Source: Candidatus Dormiibacterota bacterium (GTDB lineage: Bacteria > Chloroflexota > Dormibacteria > Aeolococcales > Aeolococcaceae). From it: a stretch of DNA of 64,000 nucleotides. Numbering within the stretch: the stretch's first letter is position 1; each line of letters opens with the position of its first letter. Both the position numbers and the translations under genes were made by a program. This document shows positions 53,801-62,794 of the stretch, one piece after another. The notes beneath the pieces are model-generated. The model was not told the origin of the DNA. It did no database searches and saw nothing but the letters and a program-made list of their open reading frames with translations. The stretch covers positions 8,870 to 72,869 of the forward strand of contig DAINCY010000004.1 in the NCBI GenBank assembly GCA_036732145.1, given 5' to 3'.

Positions 53801-54763
53801 TCAGAAGATTGCCTCGATCCTGGTGAGCACATCGGGGCTGAGTCGTGCGAGCACGTCGAGCGCTCCCAGGTTTTCGCGAATCTGCTCGACGCGACTGGCG
53901 CCCGTGATGACCGTCGAAACGTGCGGATTGGCGGCGCACCAAGCAATCGACAGTTGCGACAGCGACACACCGAGGTCGTCGGCGACCGCCTTCAATGAGC
54001 GCACTCGTCGGTTGGCCTCGGGATCGCTGAGCTGGCTGCGCAGCCAGCCATAGCCGGGCAGGGTCGCCCGGCTACCCTCCGGGATCCCGTCGAGGTACTT
54101 GCCGCTGAGCAGTCCGGAGGCCAGCGGGCTCCACGTGGTCAGTCCGAGGCCGATGTCGCGACACAGCGGCGCGAACTCCTCCTCCACCTTGGTCCGGTTG
54201 AACAGGTTGTACTCCGGCTGTTCCATCACAGGGCGATGCAGATGGTCACGCTCGGCGATGTCCCACGCTTCGCGGATCGCCGCCGCACTCCACTCGGACG
54301 TACCCCAGTACAGCGCGCGACCGGATTCGACGATGTTGTGCATGGCCCACACCGTTTCCGCCACCGGTGTCTCAGGGTCGGGGCGGTGGCAGAAGATGAG
54401 ATCGATGAAGTCGAGCCCCAGCCTGCGCAGCGAACCGTCCACTGCATGGAGGAGATACTTGCGATTCAACGTGTTCCTGGTGTTGACCGAGTCCTCGATG
54501 CCCCAGAAGTACTTGCTCGACACCACGTAGGTGTGGCGGGCCCAGCCCAGTTGGGCGATGGCTTCGCCCATGATGGTTTCCGATCGTCCGCCGGCGTACA
54601 CCTCGGCGTTGTCGAAGAAGTTGATGCCGGCGTCGTACGCGGCGGCGAGGCACTGGCGTGCATTGTCGCCCGCGAGTTGGGGTCCAAAGCTGACCCATGA
54701 ACCGAACGAGAGCACGCTGACCTTGAGTCCGGATCGCCCCAGGCGGCGGTACTGCATCTCCAT
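53801..54763 (-). CDS. aldo/keto reductase, Kv-beta-subunit-like subfamily
   Basis: [27 protein letters not shown]...[17 protein letters not shown]...DLIFCHRPD. Confidence 0.88.
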   Translation of the reverse strand: MEMQYRRLGRSGLKVSVLSFGSWVSFGPQLAGDNARQCLAAAYDAGINFFDNAEVYAGGRSETIMGEAIAQLGWARHTYVVSSKYFWGIEDSVNTRNTLNRKYLLHAVDGSLRRLGLDFIDLIFCHRPDPETPVAETVWAMHNIVESGRALYWGTSEWSAAAIREAWDIAERDHLHRPVMEQPEYNLFNRTKVEEEFAPLCRDIGLGLTTWSPLASGLLSGKYLDGIPEGSRATLPGYGWLRSQLSDPEANRRVRSLKAVADDLGVSLSQLSIAWCAANPHVSTVITGASRVEQIRENLGALDVLARLSPDVLTRIEAIF

Positions 54764-54821
54764 CCGCCGAGGATAGGGGACGGTGTCGCCGGCTGGCGCG
54801 CTGCGCTCCTGCTTGGCGCTC

Positions 54822-56993
54822 TCAGAGCGCTTCGTCGTCCTCGCCGCCCCGCCAGTGTCGCTTCACGCGATGCGTGTGGCTGAGGTGGTGGGGCACGTCC
54901 ATGACCACAGTTCCCGGCCGGAAGAGCAGCGCCGCCTTCAAGCGCAGCGCTGCTTGATTGTGCAACACGTTGTGCCACCACCGCGTCGCCACCAGCTCGG
55001 GGAGCACCACCACCAGCGTGTCGTCGCTTCGCTGTCTATCGATGGCATCAATGTACGCAAGCAGAGGCCGGATGAAGGCGCGGTACGGGGATTCGATGAT
55101 GACCAGCGGCACGTGATCGCCCCAGATCTCCCATTTGGCGCGCAGCTCGGCGATGTGGTTGTCGTCGTCACAGACATGCACCGCAATCACCGTCGATGAC
55201 AGCGCTCGGGCCATGGCGAGACTCTGAAGAGCGATGTCATTCAGGTCTGCGACGGGGACGATGAAGGTGAGTCGCACGTCGTCGGGACTGGTCGGCGTCT
55301 CTGTGACACGGGTGGTCTCAACTTCGGCGTAGTGTCTGTGGACCGCGAGGAAGAGCATGATCAGCATGGGCACGATGGCAACGACCACGAAAGCCCCGTC
55401 GCGAAATTTGACCGCGGCGACGATGACGAACACCACACCGGTGCACGCAGCGCCGAGGCTGTTGATGGCCAGCCCGCGCCGCCACCCAGGCTCGCGGAGG
55501 CGCAGCCAGCGCGCGACCATGCCGCTCTGCGACAGCGTAAAGGCGAGGAATACCCCAATGGTGTACAGGGGTATCAACCTGTCCACGACGCCGCCGAACA
55601 CCACCACCAGGACACCTGCGAGAACGCCGAGCACGATGATGCCGTTGCTGTAGGCAAGCCGGTCGCCCAGATGCCCGAACTGGTGGGGTGCGTAGTGGTC
55701 CCGCGCCAGGAAGAACAGCAGGCGAGGAAAGTCCGAGAAGGCCGTATTGGCGGCGAGGACGAGGATGGCGGCCGTGGCCGCGGTCACGATGTACGTTCCG
55801 AAGCTGCCACCGCCAAAGGCGGCGTCGGCCAGCTGCACGACGATGGGCGGCTGTGAGTTCGGGAACGGATGCAGACCGATGATGTGTGTCGCCACAGTGA
55901 TCCCGACGAACATGGTCACGCTGAGGGCGCCCATGATCATGAGGGTCACCCTGGCGTTGCGCCACTCGGGTGACTTGAATGCGGGGACGCCGTCGCTGAT
56001 GGCTTCCACGCCGGTCAGGGCGGTGCAGCCGGAGGCGAACGCTCGCAGGATCAGAAAGATGCCAAGCGACTCGGTGATCTTCGGCAACGCGGCAGTGTGG
56101 ACGGGGAGGACAGAGTGCGTCGCGATCCTGAAGAAGGCAACGACCAGCATCACCACGATGCTGCCCACGAAGATGTAGGTTGGGGCCGCAAAGAGCGTTG
56201 CGGCCTCTCGGATGCCTCGCAGATTGCCCAGCAGGATGGCGCCGATCATGGCGGTACACGTGATCACCGGGTGGTCCGCGACCCAGGGGATGGCAGCGCC
56301 GATGAAGTCCTTGCCGCTTGACACCGAGACGGCAACAGTCAGCACGTAGTCGGTCATCAGGGCGGCGGCGGCAACCAACCCCACGCGGTCTCCAAGGTTG
56401 TCCTTGGCAACGATGTACGAGCCCCCACCCTTGGGATAGGCCTTGATCGTCTGGCGGTAGCTGACCACAACCGCGATCAACAGCAGCGCGATGGCGGCCA
56501 TGATGGGCAGTGAGGCGTTGAGGGCCATGGCCCCGGCGCCCGCCAGGACCACGAGCGTTTGCTCGGTCGCGTAGGCGACTGACGAAAGCGGGTCCGATGA
56601 GAGGACCGCGAGCGCCTTGAGCTTGGTCAGGCGTTCATGCACGAAGTCCCGCGTCGCCATCGGTTTGCCGATCACCGCCGAGCGAAGTTTCGACCGTGCG
56701 CCGGCGAACCGGCCGACCGGTGCCGACGCTCGACGGGTAGCTTGGAGCCACCCCGGCGCCAGGCGCTCGAAGCCCTGGCTGCGTGCGCGGAGAATGCGTA
56801 CGTAGCGATCGCGCTGGGGGCCGCGCGCCTCGACCCTCTCGAGGTCGGGGTCGATGCCCGGGAGCTCCGTGGCGATCACCTGGCGCGTCGTCGCCCATGC
56901 CCGCCCCGCGCGCTGGAGTGTCTCGGCGTCGTGGTCCGGAATCACGACATCGGGCAGGGCTGCGTCCTGCGGATGTCCAGCGCTCTCGATCAT
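54822..56993 (-). CDS. APC-superfamily permease with N- and C-terminal cytoplasmic extensions
   Basis: 723 aa. [15 protein letters not shown] and [14 protein letters not shown], typical APC helix 1/3 features, with about 12 TM helices. A C-terminal ~230-aa soluble domain and a ~100-aa N-terminal extension. Confidence 0.8.
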   Translation of the reverse strand: MIESAGHPQDAALPDVVIPDHDAETLQRAGRAWATTRQVIATELPGIDPDLERVEARGPQRDRYVRILRARSQGFERLAPGWLQATRRASAPVGRFAGARSKLRSAVIGKPMATRDFVHERLTKLKALAVLSSDPLSSVAYATEQTLVVLAGAGAMALNASLPIMAAIALLLIAVVVSYRQTIKAYPKGGGSYIVAKDNLGDRVGLVAAAALMTDYVLTVAVSVSSGKDFIGAAIPWVADHPVITCTAMIGAILLGNLRGIREAATLFAAPTYIFVGSIVVMLVVAFFRIATHSVLPVHTAALPKITESLGIFLILRAFASGCTALTGVEAISDGVPAFKSPEWRNARVTLMIMGALSVTMFVGITVATHIIGLHPFPNSQPPIVVQLADAAFGGGSFGTYIVTAATAAILVLAANTAFSDFPRLLFFLARDHYAPHQFGHLGDRLAYSNGIIVLGVLAGVLVVVFGGVVDRLIPLYTIGVFLAFTLSQSGMVARWLRLREPGWRRGLAINSLGAACTGVVFVIVAAVKFRDGAFVVVAIVPMLIMLFLAVHRHYAEVETTRVTETPTSPDDVRLTFIVPVADLNDIALQSLAMARALSSTVIAVHVCDDDNHIAELRAKWEIWGDHVPLVIIESPYRAFIRPLLAYIDAIDRQRSDDTLVVVLPELVATRWWHNVLHNQAALRLKAALLFRPGTVVMDVPHHLSHTHRVKRHWRGGEDDEAL

Positions 56994-57277
56994 CGTTGCT
57001 CGCCGCCCGCCACCCGGTCGGCGCCCACGCGCTGCCGGATGCGCCGCACGGCGGCTGGATGCTCAGGGCTGACGAGAAGGCGACCGTCAGCGAGCGGGAT
57101 GATGTCGTCGAGAGCGAACCGATAGCTCCTGTGGCGCAACCACCGACGCCCCTCGACGAGAACGTCGCTGCCGTGAGCCCGATGGATCACGGCGACGGTC
57201 CGGCCGAGCCGGCGCCCGTCGGCATCGACCACCTCGCAGCCGATGAGCGCTGCCGCCACCTCGCTGAGTCTGGCCAT
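56990..57277 (-). CDS. small PRC-barrel-like protein
   Basis: 95 aa, LIGCEVVDADGRRLGRTVAVI...VLVEG resembles PRC-barrel domains. ATGA overlap with the APC permease gene. Confidence 0.45.
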   Translation of the reverse strand: MARLSEVAAALIGCEVVDADGRRLGRTVAVIHRAHGSDVLVEGRRWLRHRSYRFALDDIIPLADGRLLVSPEHPAAVRRIRQRVGADRVAGGEQR

Positions 57278-57312
57278 GCAGACAGCGTGCGACGGTCACC
57301 GTCAACGATTGG

Positions 57313-58035
57313 TTAACGCGGCCCGGCCGGCAGCGACGCACGCTCCAGCATCGGACCGAAGCGATACCCGTGCCGGCCTGCCGTTTGTATGACGGCCGGA
57401 TTGCCGGGGTTGGCTTCGAGCTTTCGCCGCAGTCGCTGGATGAAGGTGCGAAGGTAGTTGCGATCGCCCACGTACTCGGGGCCCCAGACTCGCCCCAGCA
57501 AGGTGCGATGATCGAGAGAGGTGCCCGCGTGCTCAGCCAGGAGCGCGAGGAGCGCCCATTCAGTGGGGGTCAGCCGCACCTCAACCCCCGCCCTCGAGAC
57601 CGCTCGGGCACCGACATCGACGACCACGTCGTTGCAGCGCACCACCTGCGGTGAGGTGCTCGCCGCGTTGACGCGGCGGAGCACGGCGCGAACCCGCGCC
57701 AGCAGTTCGTCCGCGCCGAACGGCTTGGTGAGGTAGTCGTCGGCGCCCATGTCGAGAGCGCGCACCTTGTCGCCCTCCTCATCGCGGGCAGAGATGACGA
57801 TGACCGAGGGGAGCGGGCGCCCCTCCAGCTGGGCGAGGATCTCCCAGCCGTCGACGAACGGAAGGCCGAGGTCAAGGAGGACCAGCTCGAAGGGCTCGGC
57901 ACGGAGGCGTTGGGCCGCCTGAATGCCGTCGTTGACGGCGTCGGCGGCGTACCCGCCCGCCTCCAACGCGCCCAGGATGGCCTGGCGCAGGCTGCTGTCG
58001 TCCTCGACGAGGAGGATGCGTTCTGCTTCGTTCAC
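57313..58035 (-). CDS. OmpR/KdpE-type response regulator
   Basis: Receiver domain (ILLVEDD, phospho-acceptor LVLLDLGLP, DDYLTKPF) plus a winged-helix output (LTPTEWALLALL...GYRF). Confidence 0.9.
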   Translation of the reverse strand: MNEAERILLVEDDSSLRQAILGALEAGGYAADAVNDGIQAAQRLRAEPFELVLLDLGLPFVDGWEILAQLEGRPLPSVIVISARDEEGDKVRALDMGADDYLTKPFGADELLARVRAVLRRVNAASTSPQVVRCNDVVVDVGARAVSRAGVEVRLTPTEWALLALLAEHAGTSLDHRTLLGRVWGPEYVGDRNYLRTFIQRLRRKLEANPGNPAVIQTAGRHGYRFGPMLERASLPAGPR

Positions 58036-59177
58036 AGGTCCGGGTCCGTCGCGTCGACGGCGGCAGCAGGGAGCGAGAACGCGAAACTCGCGCCCTGCGT
58101 GGGCTGATCCTCATCCAGCCAGACACGGCCTCCTTGAGCCTCGACGAGGCCCCGCACAATCGGCAGGCCAAGGCCCATTCCTGCGGCACGCGGTGGGTTG
58201 GTCTGCCCTCCACGGACGAAGCGGTCGAAGATCTGACCGCGCAGCTCCATGGGGACGCCGGGACCGCGATCGATGACCCGGATGACGACGTCACCGTCGT
58301 CGGCTCGGGCCGCTGTCACCCGAATCGGGCTGCCGCCTGAAGCAGCGTGGTCTGCGTTCTCCAGCAGATTGTCGAGCACCTGACCCAGCCGGTTCCAGTC
58401 AGCCATGACCTCGGGCGTGGCGTCCGCCACCTCGACCGCGACCGGCCGCTCGGGGCTTTGGCGGTGCAGCCGATCAACGGACGCCGCGATCGCCTCGGTG
58501 AGGTCGACCTCCGCGGGGCGAAGCTCCACGATGCCGCCCTCGATGCGACTCATGTCGAGGAGGTCGGAGACCAGACGGTTGAGCCGTCGCGACGCGCCGG
58601 CCAGCGACTCGACCTCGGGCCTGAGATCGTCGGGGAGCGACTGCCCGCGCAGCAGCGTGGTCGTACCCGTGAGGATGCTCGCCATCGGAGTCCTGAGCTC
58701 ATGCGAGATGTTGGCGAGGAACTCGCGCCGGAGACGGTCTGTTTCCTCGAGAGCCCGAACCTGCTGCTCGGTCTCAGCCAGCCGTGTCAACTCGATGTTG
58801 GCCTGCTGCAACTCCCGCGCCAGGCTCTCCGCACGACGCTGGGCAGCGCGGCGGCGCGAGCCGAGCGTTCCAACCAGGCCCGCGGTGCCGAAGAACACAG
58901 CGAGGTTGACGAGGTCGGTGGAGTCGGCGAACTGAAAGGTGTGGACGGGCCGCACAAAATAGAAGTCCACGAGGAGGAAACTGCAGGCGGCCGCGACGAT
59001 GGCATCGCGCACCCCCGTTGCCAGGCCGAGGATGGCGACGATCCCCAGGTACACGAAGACGTAGTCGCGGGTGTTTCCCTGGTTGAGGGCGACGAGCAGG
59101 CCGGTCAGCGCGGCGGGGGCGGCGATCGCCACCCCCAGCGGAATCAAGAGAACGCGCCGGTCGACTGGCGGCAGCAT
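58032..59177 (-). CDS. sensor histidine kinase, KdpD C-terminal-like (DUF4118 membrane domain + HisKA + HATPase), lacking the KdpD N-terminal sensor domains
   Basis: Membrane module YLGIVAILGLATG...LLVDFYFVRPVHTF, H-box ISHELRTPM, N/G boxes LDNLLENA, DRGPGVP, GMGLGLPIV. A 4-nt overlap with the regulator gene. Confidence 0.85.
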   Translation of the reverse strand: MLPPVDRRVLLIPLGVAIAAPAALTGLLVALNQGNTRDYVFVYLGIVAILGLATGVRDAIVAAACSFLLVDFYFVRPVHTFQFADSTDLVNLAVFFGTAGLVGTLGSRRRAAQRRAESLARELQQANIELTRLAETEQQVRALEETDRLRREFLANISHELRTPMASILTGTTTLLRGQSLPDDLRPEVESLAGASRRLNRLVSDLLDMSRIEGGIVELRPAEVDLTEAIAASVDRLHRQSPERPVAVEVADATPEVMADWNRLGQVLDNLLENADHAASGGSPIRVTAARADDGDVVIRVIDRGPGVPMELRGQIFDRFVRGGQTNPPRAAGMGLGLPIVRGLVEAQGGRVWLDEDQPTQGASFAFSLPAAAVDATDPDL

Positions 59178-59238
59178 GAACCCCTTGTACCAGTCGGAGA
59201 GCCCCGACTCCTGTACGCCGGCCCGAATCGACGGCTCC

Positions 59239-59946
59239 TCAGCCGGCGACCCCTCTCATCAAGGCCACGGTGCCAAGATTGAGCCGCCACAGCTGCGGTC
59301 GCTGCCACCCGGCACCGTCGGCCAACTCGAGCAGCTGCTCCCCCGTCAGGTACGAGTCGACGGTGTCGCTGAGGTAGCGGTAGGCCTCGCGATCGCCGGC
59401 AACCCACCCCCCGAGCCGAGGCAGGGCGTGACGGAGGTAGAGCTCATAGGTTCGGCCCACCAGCCCATGAGGAGGACGTAGAAACTCGAGTACCACCAGC
59501 CTTCCGTGGGGTCGCACCACCCGCTTCATCTCGGCCAGACCCTTCTTCGGGTAGGCCAGGTTGCGCAGGCCGAAAGCGGTGGTCGCGGCGTCGAAGCTGG
59601 AGTCCTCGAAGGGCAGGCTGGTGGCATCGCCCTGCACCCATTCGATCAAGGGGTGGGCGGTCCGCGCGACCGCCAACATGCGTTCGCTGAAGTCGAGCCC
59701 CACCACCCGCCCACCGGGGCCAACCCGGTCGCGCAGCTCAAGGGTCAGCTGCCCAGTGCCACACGCGACGTCCAGCGCGGCCCCACCCCGTGGCGGCGCC
59801 GCGGCATTGGCGGCGCGGCGCCGCCAGGTGCGGTCACGACCGAACGAGAGCACGGTGTTGGCGCGGTCGTACCCGGGCGCGATCCGGTCGAACATGGCGC
59901 GGACCCGGCGCGCATCGCGGGCCGCAGTCATTCGGTTGCCGCTCAT
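59239..59946 (-). CDS. menG: demethylmenaquinone / ubiquinone C-methyltransferase (UbiE/MenG family)
   Basis: VRAMFDRIAPGYDRANTVLSFG, motif I LDVACGTG, RVVRPHGRLVVLEF. Confidence 0.85.
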   Translation of the reverse strand: MSGNRMTAARDARRVRAMFDRIAPGYDRANTVLSFGRDRTWRRRAANAAAPPRGGAALDVACGTGQLTLELRDRVGPGGRVVGLDFSERMLAVARTAHPLIEWVQGDATSLPFEDSSFDAATTAFGLRNLAYPKKGLAEMKRVVRPHGRLVVLEFLRPPHGLVGRTYELYLRHALPRLGGWVAGDREAYRYLSDTVDSYLTGEQLLELADGAGWQRPQLWRLNLGTVALMRGVAG

Positions 59947-59957
59947 CTGACGACCAC

Positions 59958-59963
59958 CATAAT
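59958..59963 (+). promoter_or_regulatory. candidate -10 element for a leaderless LLM-MenA transcript
   Basis: CATAAT followed by 7 nt and then ATG 59971, with no SD, in the 24-nt menG divergent spacer. Confidence 0.4.
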
Positions 59964-59970
59964 CTTCGGG

Positions 59971-61950
59971 ATGCCAGAGTTGAACAGGCCGGTTGGCCTG
60001 GGGCTAGCCGCCCGAGGGGACGTGCGGGAGGCAGTCGATTGGGCCGTCCGGGCCGAGCGGGCCGGCCTGGAGTCAGTCTGGGTACACGACAGCTACTTCG
60101 AGCGCGACCCGATCAGCTTCCTGGCTCCGATGGCACACGCCACCAAACGCATCCGCCTCGGCGCCGGCGCCCTCAACCCCTACACACGGCACCCCTTTGT
60201 GGTCGCCTCGACGATGGCATCGGTCGACAACCTGGCGGAGGGGCGTCTGTCGCTGGCGCTGGGCAGCGGCCTGCCGTTGCGGCTGGCGCAGATGAACATC
60301 CCCTTCGAGAACGCGCCGGAGCGGGTGAGCGAATCCATCGACCAGATCCGCACCCTCTGGCGTGGCGAGCGGCTGGTGCTCAACGACAAGGTGCCGCCGC
60401 TGGTACCGATGTTCCCGCCCCCCAAGCGGATCCCGATCTACATCGCCGCCTACACCAGGGCCTACCTCGAGCTGGCTGGAGAGAAGGCCGATGGCTACCT
60501 GGCCCGCCCGATGGAGTCCATCGCCGCGTTCCAGCTGATGCGCGAGCGCGTCCTCGACTCCGCGCAGCGCCACGGTCGCGATGCCTCAGCCATCGATTTT
60601 CGTGGCTACCTGCTGAGCTACATCAGCGACTCGCGCCGCGACGCCCTCAACCGGGCCAAGCGAGAGCCCTTCGTGATCTACATGATCTCCATCCTCTCTG
60701 ACATCTCGATGTCCCGGGCAGGGTTTCCCAAGGAGCTGCGCGACGAGGTCAACAAGCTCTGGCGGGCCGAGGACTACCACCGCGCCGCGCAGGCCATCCC
60801 CGACGAGCTGCTGGAAGCCTTCGTGCTCGCCGGCACCAGGCAGGACGTCGCCGCGCGAGCGCAGGAGTACCATCGCGCCGGCATGACCGTGCCTCTGCTC
60901 CAGCCGGTGGTCCAGGATGAGGCCCAGGTCCTCGCTACCATGGATGCCTGTGCGCTCTACGGGTCGGAGTCGATCAGTCAGTCCTCCGTCTCCGCGACGC
61001 GCGAAGCCATCGCCGTCCGCAGCCGCGATGCGGGTGCGGGATCCGGCCTGCGTGAGCTTCTGAAGGGCGTCTACGAGATCACCCGGCCGTTCAGCTTCAC
61101 CGCGTCTTTGGTGCCCGTCGCGCTCGGCGGCGCCTTTGCCTGGACGCAGGGCTCAGTGGCCCCCGCGCCATTCGTGGCCGCGTTGGCAGCCGGTCTGACC
61201 CTCCACGCCGGGACCAACGTCATCAATGAGATCTATGACGTGCGGCACGGCATCGACTCGATCACTTCGCCGCGAGCCAGCCACGCCATCGTCAAAGGGC
61301 GGGTCACCGAGAAGCGGGCCTTCGCCCTGGCCGCGGCCTGCTTCGCCATCACCATCTTGCTGGGGCTGTACCTGGTGTCCGTGCGGGGACCTCTGATGCT
61401 CGGCCTGGGCGCGCTGGGCGTGGTCGGCGGCTACTTCTACACGGCACCTCCCTTCCAGTACAAGTACCGGGCGATGGGCGTGCCCCTGGTGTTCCTGCAG
61501 ATGGGCGTGCTGATGACCGTGGGCGGCTATTTCGCTGCCAGCGGACGCTTCGATTGGCGAGTGGTGGTGCTCTCCGCGCCCGCCGGCCTTCTGGTGGCGG
61601 CGATCCTCCACGGCAATGAGTGGCGCGACATCAGCGAGGACGTCCGGCTGGGCTTCACCACCCTGTCCGGGGAGCTGGGCAAGCGTGCCGCCTACGGAAC
61701 CTACGTGGGACTGGTGCTCGGCGCCTACCTGGTGCTGGCGATGGCGGTGATCGCACGCATCGCTCCGACGCTCACACTGCTGGCGATGCTCAGCCTGCCG
61801 GCAGCGTGGTGGCTGCTCCGGGCCGCGGAGCGCGGCTATTCGGGCAGCACGGGCGACATCAACACCATCGACCTGATGACCGCCCGGGTTCACGCTCTCT
61901 TCAGCAGCCTGTTCCTGCTCGGCATCGCCTTCAGCTCCTTGGTGAAGTGA
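59971..61950 (+). CDS. fusion protein: luciferase-like (LLM, flavin/F420-dependent) oxidoreductase domain + UbiA-family prenyltransferase (MenA-like) domain
   Basis: ATG 59971. Residues 1 to about 330 are LLM (GLESVWVHDSYFERDP...RLSLALGSG...ADGYL). The C-terminal ~300 aa have 8-9 TM helices with the UbiA motif NVINEIYDVRHGID and a second Asp-rich region (HGNEWRDISEDV). One uninterrupted frame with no internal stop. Confidence 0.75.
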   Translation: MPELNRPVGLGLAARGDVREAVDWAVRAERAGLESVWVHDSYFERDPISFLAPMAHATKRIRLGAGALNPYTRHPFVVASTMASVDNLAEGRLSLALGSGLPLRLAQMNIPFENAPERVSESIDQIRTLWRGERLVLNDKVPPLVPMFPPPKRIPIYIAAYTRAYLELAGEKADGYLARPMESIAAFQLMRERVLDSAQRHGRDASAIDFRGYLLSYISDSRRDALNRAKREPFVIYMISILSDISMSRAGFPKELRDEVNKLWRAEDYHRAAQAIPDELLEAFVLAGTRQDVAARAQEYHRAGMTVPLLQPVVQDEAQVLATMDACALYGSESISQSSVSATREAIAVRSRDAGAGSGLRELLKGVYEITRPFSFTASLVPVALGGAFAWTQGSVAPAPFVAALAAGLTLHAGTNVINEIYDVRHGIDSITSPRASHAIVKGRVTEKRAFALAAACFAITILLGLYLVSVRGPLMLGLGALGVVGGYFYTAPPFQYKYRAMGVPLVFLQMGVLMTVGGYFAASGRFDWRVVVLSAPAGLLVAAILHGNEWRDISEDVRLGFTTLSGELGKRAAYGTYVGLVLGAYLVLAMAVIARIAPTLTLLAMLSLPAAWWLLRAAERGYSGSTGDINTIDLMTARVHALFSSLFLLGIAFSSLVK

Positions 61951-62576
61951 GCGAGGAGCAGGCCGCCCGCATCTCTGGTCGCGACGTGCTCGTCGGGATG
62001 GCCGGCGCCGGGGCGCTCTGGACGGTTGCGTTCCGGGGGAAGAGTGGTTTCTGGGCCAAGATGGCCGCTGGGGTTGGGTCACTCGGCCTGTACGCGCTGT
62101 GGGCCAACCCGGATCTGCGCAAGACGCGGGTCCGGCCTGCCGACGTGGCTCGCGGCATGGCTTCGGCGGGACTGCTCTACGGCATCTTCCAGATAGGCGA
62201 TCGATTCGCGCGAAAGGTAATGCCCAACGGCGGCGCCGAGATCGACGAGATCTATCGCAAGCGGGGGCTGGCCCCAGACCCCTTCATCGCCGCCGCCCTC
62301 GCGGTGCTGATCGCGCCGGGCGAGGAGCTGTTCTGGCGGGGCCTGGTCAACCGCTACCTCGCCCAGCAACTCGGCCCCGTGGTCGGCAACGCCGCCGGCG
62401 CGACCATCTACGGAGCCATCCACCTCGTCTCCGGCAACCTCACCCTCACCGGCGCGGCCGGGGTTGCCGGCACGTTCTGGAGCCTTGAGCACCTCATCCA
62501 AGGGCGTATGGCGCCACTCATCGTCAGCCATGTCGCTTGGGACGTCTGGATTTTCCTGGTGCGCCCAACCGCCTGA
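61947..62576 (+). CDS. CPBP-family intramembrane glutamic endopeptidase (CAAX protease-like)
   Basis: GTG overlaps the upstream stop (GTGA). Motif 1 GEELFWRG, motif 2 YGAIH, motif 3 HVAWD. Confidence 0.78.
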   Translation: MSEEQAARISGRDVLVGMAGAGALWTVAFRGKSGFWAKMAAGVGSLGLYALWANPDLRKTRVRPADVARGMASAGLLYGIFQIGDRFARKVMPNGGAEIDEIYRKRGLAPDPFIAAALAVLIAPGEELFWRGLVNRYLAQQLGPVVGNAAGATIYGAIHLVSGNLTLTGAAGVAGTFWSLEHLIQGRMAPLIVSHVAWDVWIFLVRPTA

Positions 62577-62794
62577 GCGGTCGCGTGGCAGGGGAGCCAT
62601 CCGAGCACCCTGGTCAAGGCGAGCCGCACCATGCTCGGGGGGCGCGCCTGCACCACCGGTAACGGTGGTGGCCGGTCACGCATATCCTCGGGCAGGCACC
62701 CTTTGTGGGCCCTGCTCGTGGCAGGACAATTGCGCTCGTGGGTGAAGCCAGATTGGACAGGTCGGCACGACGGACCGACGGTCACGGCGCCGCG

